Below are positions 12,401 through 24,729 of a stretch of DNA of 64,000 bases, one piece after another. Location: contig JAQFVV010000009.1 of assembly GCA_028023455.1 (NCBI GenBank), forward strand, positions 1,116,001 to 1,180,000, written 5' to 3'. This DNA is from Epiperipatus broadwayi (lineage: Eukaryota; Animalia; Onychophora). Every line of letters begins with the position of its first letter. The stretch's first letter is position 1. The notes under the pieces are model-generated. The model had not been told where the DNA came from, did no database searches, and was given only the letters and a program-made list of their open reading frames with translations. The translations under genes were made by a program, and so were the position numbers.

Positions 12401-15400
12401 TTTTTAACAAATCTTTTTTTTTTTTCATAATTATTTTTGTCAAATAGTAAAATAGAATATCATTTATTGTAATTAAAATATAATATTTAAAAAATTACAA
12501 TAAATACTGCCTAAGCAGAATGTAATTACACAAATTAAATGTGAGTATATGAACTTAAATTTTAAAGGACAAATAAATATGTCTTTTAATATTAGTTAGG
12601 CAGTTATTTAAAAACTAGCATTCTAATATGAAAAGCTATTAAATCTTTTAATACTATTAGAAACTTCAAAAATTAATCATTGATTGTAAATCCCCAAACT
12701 GTAAATAGATAAATATCATTTTCTTTTAAAATGAAATAAAAGAATACAAAGATATAAATATGATATATAAATGTTACACATCATTAAAATTATGCTTCTG
12801 CATTAATTAAGATACAGTTTACAAATAACACATAATATTCCTGTAATATTTAATTCATATTCACCAATATTTAAATACAATGATTTGAATTTCCAAAAAT
12901 ATAAGCTTAATAAATAAATTCAATCATAAAAGTTAAATATTACAATATTTTTTTATTATCTAAGAATAAATCATAATATTAGTATTATGATGTTTTTTCT
13001 CTCTTTCTCATTACAAATACGTTAATCATTTATGTATGCACAGTGTAAACATGAACTTTAGATATATGAATACATCTTTTAAAATAAATAATTTTTCCAC
13101 TTAAAAAGATTTGACCATATCCTTATTAATATATATCCATTCATATGAATATCTACATACTGAAAAATAACAGACAATTGCATGAATTCCCTTTACAGAC
13201 AAGCTATTAGATATTACCTAATATATAATAAATATTTTATATATAGTACAGAAAAGAAAGAGCATTAAAAAATATAAGAAAAACTATAAAAACTGTTTAT
13301 AACTTGATATTACTTTTCTCAATATTAAAGTTAGAAATCCATTAAAAATAAAAATTCATATTATTGCCAAATGTTTATCATTGCATTAAGGGAAAAACAA
13401 CAAAATTTCATAGCAAAACAAGAAAGAGTGATTGTGGACAATTTATAAGCTAATATCACATCATCACACTGCATTATTTGAAAATAACCTATGATTATGT
13501 CTCAACAAAAGCAGACTTTCTTAAGAAAAATGTTTAAATATACCACTGATGGCTGTAATAGTAAAGGAAGTATGGGAAGAAACAATAAAGAAAAATAAAT
13601 GAGAAAGGAAATACAGAAATAAAAAGTAGTTTAACCTTGTGTTAATAAAGCAAGCGGATATTTAAAAAATTATCAGCATTAAGATAAACATTAAAGGCAT
13701 AACAATTTTTAAAAAAATTTTTTTTCACTTCAATTTAGATTTTTTTAAAAAAAATTGTGACTAAGTATGAAAAGAACTTCTAATTTGTGATCAATTAATT
13801 ACTGATGCACATATAAACAAACCATGAACTATTGTAACAATTATACAATATAATTAAATAATGAAAGGAAGTAATTTTAGAAATAAACAATGTTATTAAA
13901 AAAATATTGGAAATGGAAAAAAATAATTATAAGGAAGTGTTAATGATATTTCAAACATATAAGTTTGGACTTTTTAAATTTTTTTTGGATGTGTTTTAGT
14001 ATCTAGCAATTACATCAAATTCACAACTACTATGGAACTAAGCTAGCAATTTGTATCTAGTTTTAATATAGAATGAAGGATTATTACAATTCAGCTAGAA
14101 TTAAAACAAATATGACACACTCAGTGAAAAAAAATCCTATAGACATTATCATGGATTAAATAAATAACTTTAAATATGATGTATTCCATTTTATAAGTTA
14201 AGAAAAAATATGTATTATCTACTTCTGCAAGCAGATGTGGACCAATACTGATTGATGATGAATGCTCGGAAATGTGGAGCCATTTTTAAAAATAAAAATT
14301 AAACTGAAGATATTTCAGTAACTTATTTTTTGATTATATAATATGCTTCAAAGTTATTGTCAATTAGAATGCCCACTTTTGGTAGGATTTAGAATTCATT
14401 ATTTAAAAATGTTTAAAAAATATGGCGGGGGGGGGGGTGCATTAGAAATTAGTATTCTAATTGCCAGATTATAATTTTGAAAATATCATTAAGCATTACC
14501 ATTTATATACATATTAAAGGCACTATATTATTTCCCCCATTAACAAAATTAAAAGTCCACTTCTGGCATGCATGTGAGTATAGCCAGTACAGCTACTCAG
14601 TCAATTGATTAGAAATTGGGTATGTAGCTATTTTACACTACAGGATAAAGATGATATTTGGGGGGGGGGGGCGACCAAAACATTAACATGATCTCGTAAT
14701 TATTGTCTTCTCCACTATTCCCTTGAAGATTTTTGTCCTGTAGGAAGTTGTTTTATGTATTATAAAGAGGGAAAATTATTCCAAAAAGCATAGATGGATT
14801 AATTTGCAACACTAATTTATTATTATACTATTTAATATCTTTTAAATGTTTATCTATTCTATGAACACATAGCATGAGAACATTTTAAGTGTAAAGTAAC
14901 CTTTTGGAACATTAAGCACTTATCAATTTACAGTGCAATACTCTATTCTATAAGTTCCCAATACGAATTAGATTAAAACTAACAATTTTATTGAAGAAAT
15001 TTCTGTCAACAATTAGTTACAATTATCTGTTAACTATGTAAAGTTGGCCTGACCATTTCATAACTAGGAATGCTACATTAAATTATCTTATTATGATAGA
15101 TAATTCAATGTAGCTTTCAAAAACGAATAAATCTCATAACTGCAGGATTTAATTCTGTTGTTCATGTTTATATGAGATTAATGATGTTTTATTTAAATAT
15201 GCTCTTTTTGTTATGATTGTAAGAAAATAAACTGCTCAAAAACATTCAGCCACTTAATGATATAAGTCATACCTTAGCTTCATCATTTTGAATTCCAGTA
15301 CATTTGGACATATTAAATATGTTTTATTGTATTTTATCTATAACATTTTTTTTGTTATGTTAAAAGAAGAATTAAATGCATATGGGAATGTTAAGTATTG

Positions 15401-15575
15401 AAATTAGCTACATATAATTTTAAATTTTACTACTTGTATAAACAATAAAACATAATATGTCTTTCTCTGCTTATATTTAGCATATGTAAGAAAAGTTCAC
15501 TCTATTCCAGGTCATCTATTGTAAACTTGAATAATCAATAGACATTAAATAGTATAATGCTAATAATCTTTACCA

Positions 15576-15614
15576 TCAGAGTAATTTCTGGCTTATGGCC
15601 TTTATTAATAGTGA
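15576..15614 (-). ncRNA. Decayed family B hammerhead remnant
   Basis: AGGC-CATAA-GCC A GAAA TTACT C/TGA is retained; the CUGANGA core is lost. Confidence 0.45.
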
Positions 15615-16527
15615 ATCTGTATCAAATAAATTTCAGCATCCAAATTAGTTTGAGTTCAAGATCTTAGGATATTTATGAATTTTAGATTAGTTTGATATAA
15701 AAGAGGGGAAACCCCATTACTGGATGAGATACATAAACTTCTCATTACAACTATAAGCTAAAAACCACTTTGGAAATATGAATACAATATTGCTACCATC
15801 AAATGTCCATAGATTACTAAAACTTACAATAGCTGAATCTAGAGTACAGTAAAAAAGAAGTGCTCTTAAAACCATATACATTACTAATATGAAATAACTG
15901 TCATAAAAACTTTTAAATAATAATCTACTGAATCCACATCTTAAAACAGGCTGAAGCAGTATTAATAATAAAAATATTAGAGCAAATTAAGGCAATTGTA
16001 TATTTAGAAATACTGTATTTTATATATTAAAACTATAATTTTTAGAAAATGGTTAACTGTTTATATACACTAAGAAAAATTTGAAGTTCTGAATATGAGT
16101 ATCATTGTAAAACATGAAGGAAATAACTTCTTGGTGAATTTTTTAAATAAGAAAACATAAACACTGACTAGAATAATATCAAACGGACATTAATTATCCT
16201 TTTTAAGACTTTATTATTATAAATAAATATTAAATATTTTCAATTTATAATTATAGAACTAAAAATGCAGTTTGCTTTTTGTAATACATTTGTACCCTTT
16301 AATGATTTTTCTATTAATATCTTTAAATAAAATTAAAAAGGTTCAGCATGATAATCAATATTTCTATGTAATCAAAAATATTATGATACAGTCCTAAATT
16401 TCCAATCTTAAAAATGTGGCAGGAAAATTGAAAAATTTTACTGCCAAAACAGACTGGAGTCCACTTAAAATTAAAATTAGAAAAGAAAAAAAACAATGTT
16501 AACTTCAATCTCACTAATGTCCATGTT

Positions 16528-16578
16528 TTATAATGGTGGAAGAATCTTGTTAAGAAATTCCTTTACATCTTTCATTTC
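16528..16578 (-). CDS. LYPLA1: LYPLA1/APT1 terminal coding exon (EMKDVKEFLNKILPPL*)
   Basis: T-tract plus AATAG|GAA ATG AAA GAT GTA...TTA TAA. Matches the EM.DVK.F...LPP C-terminus and follows a 15.4-kb intron. Confidence 0.93.
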   Translation of the reverse strand, partial: EMKDVKEFLNKILPPL

Positions 16579-16744
16579 CTATTAAAAAAAAAACACATAT
16601 TAAACAGGAAGGAAAAATATATTAAAAATAGAATAATATTTATTTAATTTAATGAAACACTTTAGTAAATAAAAAAATATTTATAAAGTAGTAGGGTAAG
16701 ATACATTTACAAGAGATATTAGAACTTAATGTGTCAATAAATTT

Positions 16745-16850
16745 ATTGAATGGTTTATTACTTGGGAGTGCATAAAAAATTCAAGTCCCAGAAGTGACAA
16801 AGATAAACTGAAGATCTTTAGCTCCAGAGTCCACCATTTAACGATATAAG
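16745..16850 (-). mobile_element. Possible ancient tRNA-derived SINE fragment
   Basis: GGTGGACTCTGGAGCTAAAGATC...TGTCACTTC resembles stretches near 17880-17960, 56040-56100 and 62920-63005. Confidence 0.35.
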
Positions 16851-18289
16851 GCATTTCATCAGTATAATAATATGTAAAGAAATATCATGTAATAATCGAA
16901 AGAGTATATTATCATAGTTACTATTTCTGTATACTTTCCAATTAACTATAAGCTTGGGAAATTGATGGAATTGTTACTATGATATTTTCATATCTAAGAT
17001 GTTTTATTTAACTCAAAAATAATATGGCTAAATAAAAGAACTCTATATACAAGGTATAGAATAGCAAAATTCAGAAAAATTGTTAAGTGTAGAATGTCAA
17101 CACTCCCTAAGACTGTGAATAAACTAGCTTTTGTGAATATTTGTTTGCAGACAACAAGACTTGTGTAACCAAATATTGTTGGAGTTTGTGTGACTGATAT
17201 TGGCACAAGACCTCTCAATCTATATATTTTTTTGCAATTTCAGTTACAGCATTTATGTGACTGTGATTCATTCAAGTACAAAAATCCAAATTAACTAGGT
17301 CAATAAGAACAATATAAATTTTTTTGCACCTGTGAAATGGTAGGGCTGTCAAAGAATGAATAAAACGATTTTAAACTTATTATTATATGAAAATCATTAA
17401 TAATTGCATACAGCATTATCAGAATTCATATAAAACTATCCAGATGCAAATGTAATTCATAAGACACATTGCTATAGAGATAATGAAATAACCTGTTTTC
17501 AATTGAAAATTATTATACACATTATCCTGTCATGTATTTACATTAAGTTCCCTGGTTGAGAGCAAGTGATAGTACTCCGTGATTTCCAATGGTAACAGTC
17601 TGCCATAGTGCTCCATCTTCTTAATATCCTTTATTTTAGCATATAAAGATTTCAGCTAATTCAGCACTAACAATATATCAAGATAAGACCTAACTATGAT
17701 TTCATAATCATAATATGAAAGAAATTGTCTAAATAGGAGGGCCATTGAAGAAATTTTTTGTACAAGTTGTAATTTAAATAATTGGAGATTACATTAGGTT
17801 AGATGATAGTATCAGATAAAATAACAAATTATCATAAAATAAATCAAATATGAGTTTGCCCTGCAAAGTTTGATACTCTGGCAGAATGGCACTCAAGATC
17901 CATGAAATGTGGCTCAGCTGTCACTTTCAGTGATGGCATTCCTGAATAAAAAACCACCTTTCAAATTAAATTGCATTGCAAAGTAATCCGAAAAATGATT
18001 GAGTATTTTATACAATATAGTCATTTTAATTCCAAAAATTACATACATTTTTTTATCACTTTTTCTGTATAATACATAAGATGAAAATATTCAAGCAGTA
18101 GTAACAGTTGGAACTTCCACGATATATTACAAACAAAAACTTTTGGAATTGAAATATTCAAAAGTACTAATGATATAGTTATCAGAATCTAAGGATATTA
18201 CAATTTAATCCAGAATAATTATCTGATGATTACATATTTAGTTGCAATATTTTGAAAGAATTAACAATATTAATTGTTGAAAACTTTGA

Positions 18290-18785
18290 GAAAATTATAA
18301 TGCCTATTGGATATCAAATTTCCATTTTAGTAATTAAGATGTATTGCTCTTCTATTATGCGTCCAAGTCTTATGGATCTGAGGCTTGAACACTTAATAGA
18401 AGAGCAATACAGAGACTTCAGACTACTCAAAGAAGTATGGAGAGATGTATGCTGGGAGTAACAAGAAGAGATCGAAAACGCAATGTATGGGTAAGAGAAC
18501 AAACAGGTATTACTGACCTCATTGAAAAAATTAAAAGATTTGAAGTGGAATTGGGCTGGAGATAGTGGTAGAAGAGATGATAATAGATGGACAATTGAAG
18601 TCTTAAACTGGATTCCAAGAGATTGTAAAAGACCCAAAAAGAGACCACATGTGAGATGGATGAGATGAGAAAGGGTGCAGGGGTGATGTGGAGAAGAGAA
18701 GCTAAAGATCGGAAAAGATGGATTGAACTTGGAGAGACCTTCATCTTGCAGTGGATTGATAATGGTTGATAATGATGACAGCAAC
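18290..18785 (+). mobile_element. RTE-clade LINE 3' fragment
   Basis: Same family as 1-553 and 43.7-44.4 kb, with 3' tail AATGGTTGATAATGATGAC. Confidence 0.9.
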
Positions 18786-19552
18786 AAAATATCAGTCTAT
18801 TTGTAAATTATTATTTAACTGGTTTCATTAAATATAGGTGGTAATGTCTTGCATGTGGACTTATTAGTAATTGTGAAAAAACTTTAAAAATTTTAGAAAG
18901 AATATCTTTCCAGATAGTACAATAATAATTATTAAATTGTTACAAAGGCTGATGATACTCTACTCTTTCTGATTAAGATTTTGCTTTGTCTTTCTAGTTA
19001 ATACAAGGATGGGTGAAGGAGAGATGTTTATGTATTACATTTGAACAGTAATCACTCTAGGGATTGCCATTACTATTAAAGATAATATTATTTAGAACAG
19101 CATTTACATGCCATACACCAATAAGTTTTTTAATTTTTCTATTTCTGACTAAATGAAGTGTTGAATTAAAAAAAATGAAAGCGAGGGTGAATGTTTTTTT
19201 ATAATAAAATATAATTATTGCAGTATTTAATAAATTTAATATATTTCCAATAGTTAATCAAACTTATCTCAGTACATTTTTCACCTTAACTCAATCTTAT
19301 TACAACCATCCATCAGCCCAGAAGTCAGACCAACCTCTCTCACACACATGGTATATTTTTTGAAATATTCAGTGCATATCTTTTTTTAAGTAAATAAACC
19401 ATACATAGCTTAGAGTGTAATTTTTAATTACATATACATTATTCTTTTTTTTATAAATATACTTAACTTCATACACATATTTTATTTATTTTATATATCT
19501 GTATAATCACAATATCATGAAATATATAACCAAAGACATGTGAAAAAGATAA

Positions 19553-19611
19553 ATGATCTCCAAGATAAACATTTAGTACTGAACCAGCACTCATCAGTTG
19601 ACATAGATCAC
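19553..19611 (-). ncRNA. Dispersed family A hammerhead copy (GAAA>TAAA)
   Basis: GTGATC-TAT-GTCAA CTGATGA GTGC-TGGTTCA-GTAC TAAA TGTTTAT C/TTGGA-GATCAT, followed by T5 as in the array units. Confidence 0.7.
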
Positions 19612-20867
19612 AATCTCTCACATATAACCTCATCATTTGTTCAGTATATGGCATAGATAGAAAATTACCATAGTTTATTTGTCAAGGTTCAAATTACTGC
19701 ACTCACAATTTCCCTGCTGCCAACCACTTTCAGAGAAATATATTAATAACTTTTACTAATTATTCATTAAACTATAAATTATTTCTAGCCCAAATATACT
19801 CTTTAATTCTCGTTTAATTAATATGATGTGTGGTCTTATAGACATATCAACATCTGAGTTTCCTTGCCCATGCTGACAATTTTTTACATCACTCTCAGTA
19901 AAATATAATTATTGTAGTGTTTATCAAATTTAACATATATATATATTCAAAGAATGATAATAATAAAAAAAACCAGAATAATTGACGAAACTATACAAAA
20001 GTAAATTAATTAGCAAAATATTAAACTATTAATAAACAAAATCTGAAGAAAAACAAAGAATAATATTTAAATAACTGAGTGAAACATAATTATAACTATA
20101 AAACCAAAAACTAATGCCATTGTTGCTGATTCTTTTCAGTAATTAGCTTATCAAGTCTTGGAGATATATTAGTGACTGCTAAACACAAAGCTAGATTTAT
20201 TAATAAATGATTTCTTTCTTTTGATTTTATGAATGTCATTGCCAAAAATGTTAATTCATGTAAGTATATTCAGTTTTAATTTTAACCCAAAATTGAGTTA
20301 TATTTTAGAATTGATAACTTTAATGTACCATCTCAACTTAAATCTATTAATTTTTTCTGTTTTAAATCAGGTTATGTATCTTCTTCGTGTGGTTAATATT
20401 GATCAAACACACAACAAAGTTCTGTTAAATGCATGTGCTCCGAGCGCTGTGGGGGCTCTTTGAGCGCTTGTTGGATGATGTGTTATTTTCTTTCTTTACT
20501 GACGTAAAAAGTATAAACATGATGTCAACCAAAATACGGGCATTTCATAGCTTAATGACGTAGCTTTCAGAAAATGTTTACCTCAAAAAAAATAGGTTGA
20601 AATTTGGATTTTTGGCAATAGTTTAATCGGCCACAATATTTAATTTTTTTTCTTTTTTGATAACTTTTATAATTACCACGAAACGATAAAAGAAAAAAAA
20701 TGGTTTACCGAATGCAAGTTAACATTTGCCGCATGTTATTCACAAACAAGGCCTACAAAAGAGCTTCAATGTAATGACTAGTAAGTAAAATTTTAATTTT
20801 TTTAATAATATTTTAAAAAAAATTTTAATTTTTTGAAAAAATTATCTTTTTTATTAATTTTAATTTG

Positions 20868-21620
20868 TAATTAGTATGCATTAGTTTGTAGTTAAATATG
20901 CTCATATAGAATTCATATCTATCATAATTTTCTAAAGTTCTACCTATCCTAATCCACTTATTTTTATAAAAATAATGATTTTCAAAAAGTATAATAATTT
21001 ATTATTTATAATTATGTTTATATAATATGCTTGTGTTTACAAGTAATGAGTTATAAAACTAATAATCAAATGTATATAAAGAACGCATACGCAAGCATAT
21101 AATCAAATTCTGATTCTTGTTTATGTTTTTGTTTATTCTTGTTCATGCTTTGGAGTCACTTTGGTTTTGCTATATGTTTCATAACATTATTTTCAAGTCT
21201 ATAGCTAACAAATGGACTATATGCAAATAAATTATATAAATTAGTGTGCGTTAGTTTGTAGTTATATATTTATTTATGCTCATATAGAATTCATATCTAT
21301 CGTAATTTTGTAAAGTTTTACCTACACTAATCCACTTATTTTTATAAAAATAATGATTTTCAAAAAGTATAATAATTTATTATTTATAATTATGTTTATA
21401 TAATATGTTTGTGTTTACAAGTAATGAGTTATAAAACTAATAATCAAATGTATACAAATATCGCATAAGCAAGCATATAATCAAATTCTGATTTTTGTTT
21501 ATGTTTTTGTTTATTCTTATTCATGCTTTGGAAATCACTCTGGTTTTGCTATATGTTTCATAACATTACTTTCAAGTCTATAGCTAACAAATAGACTATA
21601 TGCAGCAAATAAATTATATC
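20868..21620 (+). repeat. Tandem duplication, two units of about 375 bp, high identity
   Basis: TTAGTATGCATTAGTTTGTAG...GACTATATGC is repeated from about 21240. Confidence 0.9.
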
Positions 21621-21649
21621 TATATGATACAATAAATATAACAAGATAG

Positions 21650-21761
21650 CATCACTTCTGTGCATAAAGAATATAAACATCACTTGTATGCATAAAGAAT
21701 ATAAACATCACTGGTGACCATAAAGAATATAAATATCACTGATGTACACCAAAAATATAAA
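21650..21761 (+). repeat. Minisatellite, 4 x 28 bp (CATCACT-N6-CATAAAGAATATAAA)
   Basis: Units start at 21650, 21678, 21706 and 21734. Confidence 0.85.
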
Positions 21762-24416
21762 ATGAAGAGATGAAACTCATTTTATCAGTGATATAGACAG
21801 TAGCCTACAATTTCTAGTTTTAGATAGACAAGAAGCTAATTGCTATGATGATTTCTTTTATATCTTTTATTAGGATGAATCTTTTTATAGATGCCTTTGA
21901 CATTTAGAACATTTGGGGTACAAGATAAAAATGAAAAAGTCATATCCGACTTCTTTTGGAGATTGTGAAGCTGTGGATTATTTCAGGTAAGACATGTTAT
22001 ACATGTTTAGAAAGATAATTTTGTGAGGAATACAAAGAAATTATCACTGAAGATGTAATTTGAATTTTAGTTAATGTTAATTTCGAAATAATGAACAAAC
22101 AATAAAATAATAATTATTTCAGAGGTGAAAAATTCTTTTTTTCCTTATTTTTTATATAGTTATTATTTATTTTATGCTTATTGTTTTCCTTAATTTTTCT
22201 AGTTTCTAACAACATAATTGTTTTTGCTCTAACATAATTAAAACTGAAGTTATTATGAAAATTGTGTCACAGGTCAGTATTTTAAAAAATTCAATATGGC
22301 GGCTCGGTCCCAAGCTAAATGTCTATAAATACTATTTTTCAATTTGCCAATATTTACATCAACTTCATTTATCAATTCTGAAAATGAATAAAACATGACA
22401 TTTTTTTTTTTCTACACAAATTATAGTTTTAACTTTTTCTTGAATGCTTCCATTTTATTCCATAAATCAAAAGTGGTACTATTTCCTTGCAGGCTTAAAT
22501 TTAGTTCATTTATTAATGAAAATATATCTGACAAGTAAGGCAGTTTAGCAATCCAATTGTTGTAATGGAAAATATTTCTCAATTCTGATATTTTTTTGTT
22601 TTTAGAAATATTTCAACTTCTTTTCTTAATTCATAAAGTCCTGTTAATATTTTCTTTCTTGACTACTCTCATACTTCTGCATGAAGTAGTAAATTTTCAT
22701 GCCCATATCTTATTTCGTTATATAAACTTGAATTTAGTGCATTGCATTTAATATAATTTACTATTTGTATCGATTGAGTAACAACACTGTTCAAGTTAGA
22801 AGACAATTTTTTAGCAGTTAAATATTTGCGTTGTATAACAATGAGTAAAAATCATTTTGTCGCCCGCTATTTCTTTTTTGCAACTCCTGAATATTTTCCA
22901 GTCATACTTGCCTACTCCATCAGTACATAAACCAACACAATTTTTCCAATTAAGTTCTTATCGATGTAATTATCAATTGCTTTAAGTATATCTGAATTAG
23001 GTATGTAATTAGAAGTTCAACACAACAAATTCTTTTTCATCATCGATTTCATAATCAATATAACTAATAGAGCATAAAAGTATGGTTAATTGGTAACTTC
23101 TGTTTATTCATTTACTTGAATTGTGAGCCATGATTTGCTTACTTTTTGAATTAATTGATCTTCAATATCAATCGCTAATTCAATAAATCTGTGTTGAATA
23201 ATATTCTTAGAAAGCGACAAATTTTTAATTTTGTTTCCAGTAATTGTACCTAGGATTTCAGAGCACACATCTATTAATCATAGTTTAATTAAGTTTTCAG
23301 CAATAGAGTACTGCCTTTTAAATATAGCAATCATTAAAGCAACTAAATATGCTTTTACAAGAGATTTACCAATTAAAAAAAATTTTTTAAAAGATGATTT
23401 TTGTTTTTTTTTTAATTCAAAAAATCCAGTGACTTATTTTGTACATTTGAATGTTTGGTCTGTAAAAATGACACATTAATTTTGCTAAGTTTCATACATT
23501 CATTGGATAAAATTTCTCTGGAAATAATGCATTGAGGTCTGATAAATTTTTTTCTGACTCAGGCCAAGAAATAAAACCAAATTTTAAGTAATGAGGATTG
23601 TAATGACAAACAAGAATATATTTTCATTTTGCCTGAGGTGAATCGTTTTGTGAATAAATAAGATTTTCATTAGCATTCAAATTAGTTATACTTGGTTTTT
23701 GAAAAAAGTTTTTATCCTTTTTTAAATGGCTAAAATTTATGAAAAAAGAAAATATCAAGTAATTAATATACTTTAATTAATAGTACAAACCTATTATATA
23801 GTAATTCCTATCCCTGCATACCAATGCAACTCCTATCTGCTGGCTATAGCAAACTACATAGTACATATAACTGTTGAGTTATTTTTGTACATACTAATGT
23901 CCATCTCAGCATATAAAGTGTGTATGCACAAAATTGTTAATAAGTGTTTTTACTGAGAGATGACTGGTACTAAGAAACATAAACTTTTTAGTATTATAAT
24001 GTCTTGTTTCTTAATTTATTTTCTGTGAATAAAACAACTAACAAACAAAAGAAAATCTTAAAAATGAATTAAAGATAAATTTAATAAAATTAATTATAAT
24101 TTAACAGATTGTAAAAAAATACATAATAAATATGAACAAATTTATAAGCTTTTTGCAGACCATTCAAATTTTTATGCAGATCACAGGTTGAGAAATACTG
24201 ATTTAAAATGATCCTTTAATAGAAAGTCAATATATTAGTAGGGATACAAAGCACACATTTCTAAATTTTTAAAGAAATACACAGACAAGATTAGTTTGTA
24301 GTGACAGACTTGAGAGCTAAAGATACTTTCAACAAATTAATGTTAATCCTATATAACATTTTACTAAATGCAGAATCCTCTGCGATATTATTAGAAAAAG
24401 CTGAAGCAATAAATTT

Positions 24417-24715
24417 TTACCCTGTGTTAATTTTCTTTTCAAAATAACCCTTATTCCAAATATTAAAAAAAAAAAAACCAGGAGTAAGACCAAATCCAAA
24501 TTCTACATTCCTTCTTATATTAATTTCTTTCATAAAAAAATAATTTAACCATACAAATATCTTTTGATTCATATACAAATTTCTTAATAAATATCTTCTA
24601 CACAATACTATTATTTTTCAATATATTCAACATAGTAAACCAATTCATTTTATCAATAACTCTTTTAAGATAGCAATAAAAAAATATGTTTTCCCCTCTT
24701 CCTACAACTTTCAAC
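24417..24715 (-). mobile_element. Degenerate RT fragment from a separate LINE (RTE-like)
   Basis: RVIDKMNW..ML.IL...LRNLYMNQK...EINIRRNV resembles KAFDKV.W...RNLY.NQ...IRRGV. Confidence 0.55.
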
Positions 24716-24729
24716 AATAGTCAGATAAG

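Larger units (their letters stand above)
20431..22315. mobile_element. Unclassified 1.9-kb insertion nested in the hAT ORF, with putative 5-bp TSD and imperfect TIRs
   Basis: TAAAT at 20426-20430 and 22316-22320; removing the insertion restores the ...YR-HL-TEL... reading. The ends GCATGTGCTCCGAGCGC and GCGGCTCGGTCCCAAGC are imperfect inverted repeats. Confidence 0.6.
20110..23760 (-). mobile_element. Buster/Charlie-type hAT transposase pseudogene (ZBED5/FAM200-like), split by a nested insertion
   Basis: Minus-strand remnants: BED finger (PQCI...EILSNECMK), AYLVALMIA...SIAENLIK, THC, WIAKLPYLSDIFSLINELNLSLQGN (about 22480-22560), HLTELCCVFDQY (about 20395-20431), and C-terminal AVTNISPRLDKLITEKNQQQWH* (about 20112-20180). 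TIRs not identified. Confidence 0.88.

Noticed and set aside
14248-14310. Possible C/D snoRNA (TGATGA...CTGA)
   Set aside because: No terminal stem or recognisable guide, and it is not in a sense intron. The same applies to 34383-34528.
21650-21761. CRISPR-like constant/variable 28-bp repeats
   Set aside because: The variable part is only about 6 nt, the context is eukaryotic and there are no cas genes. It is a minisatellite.
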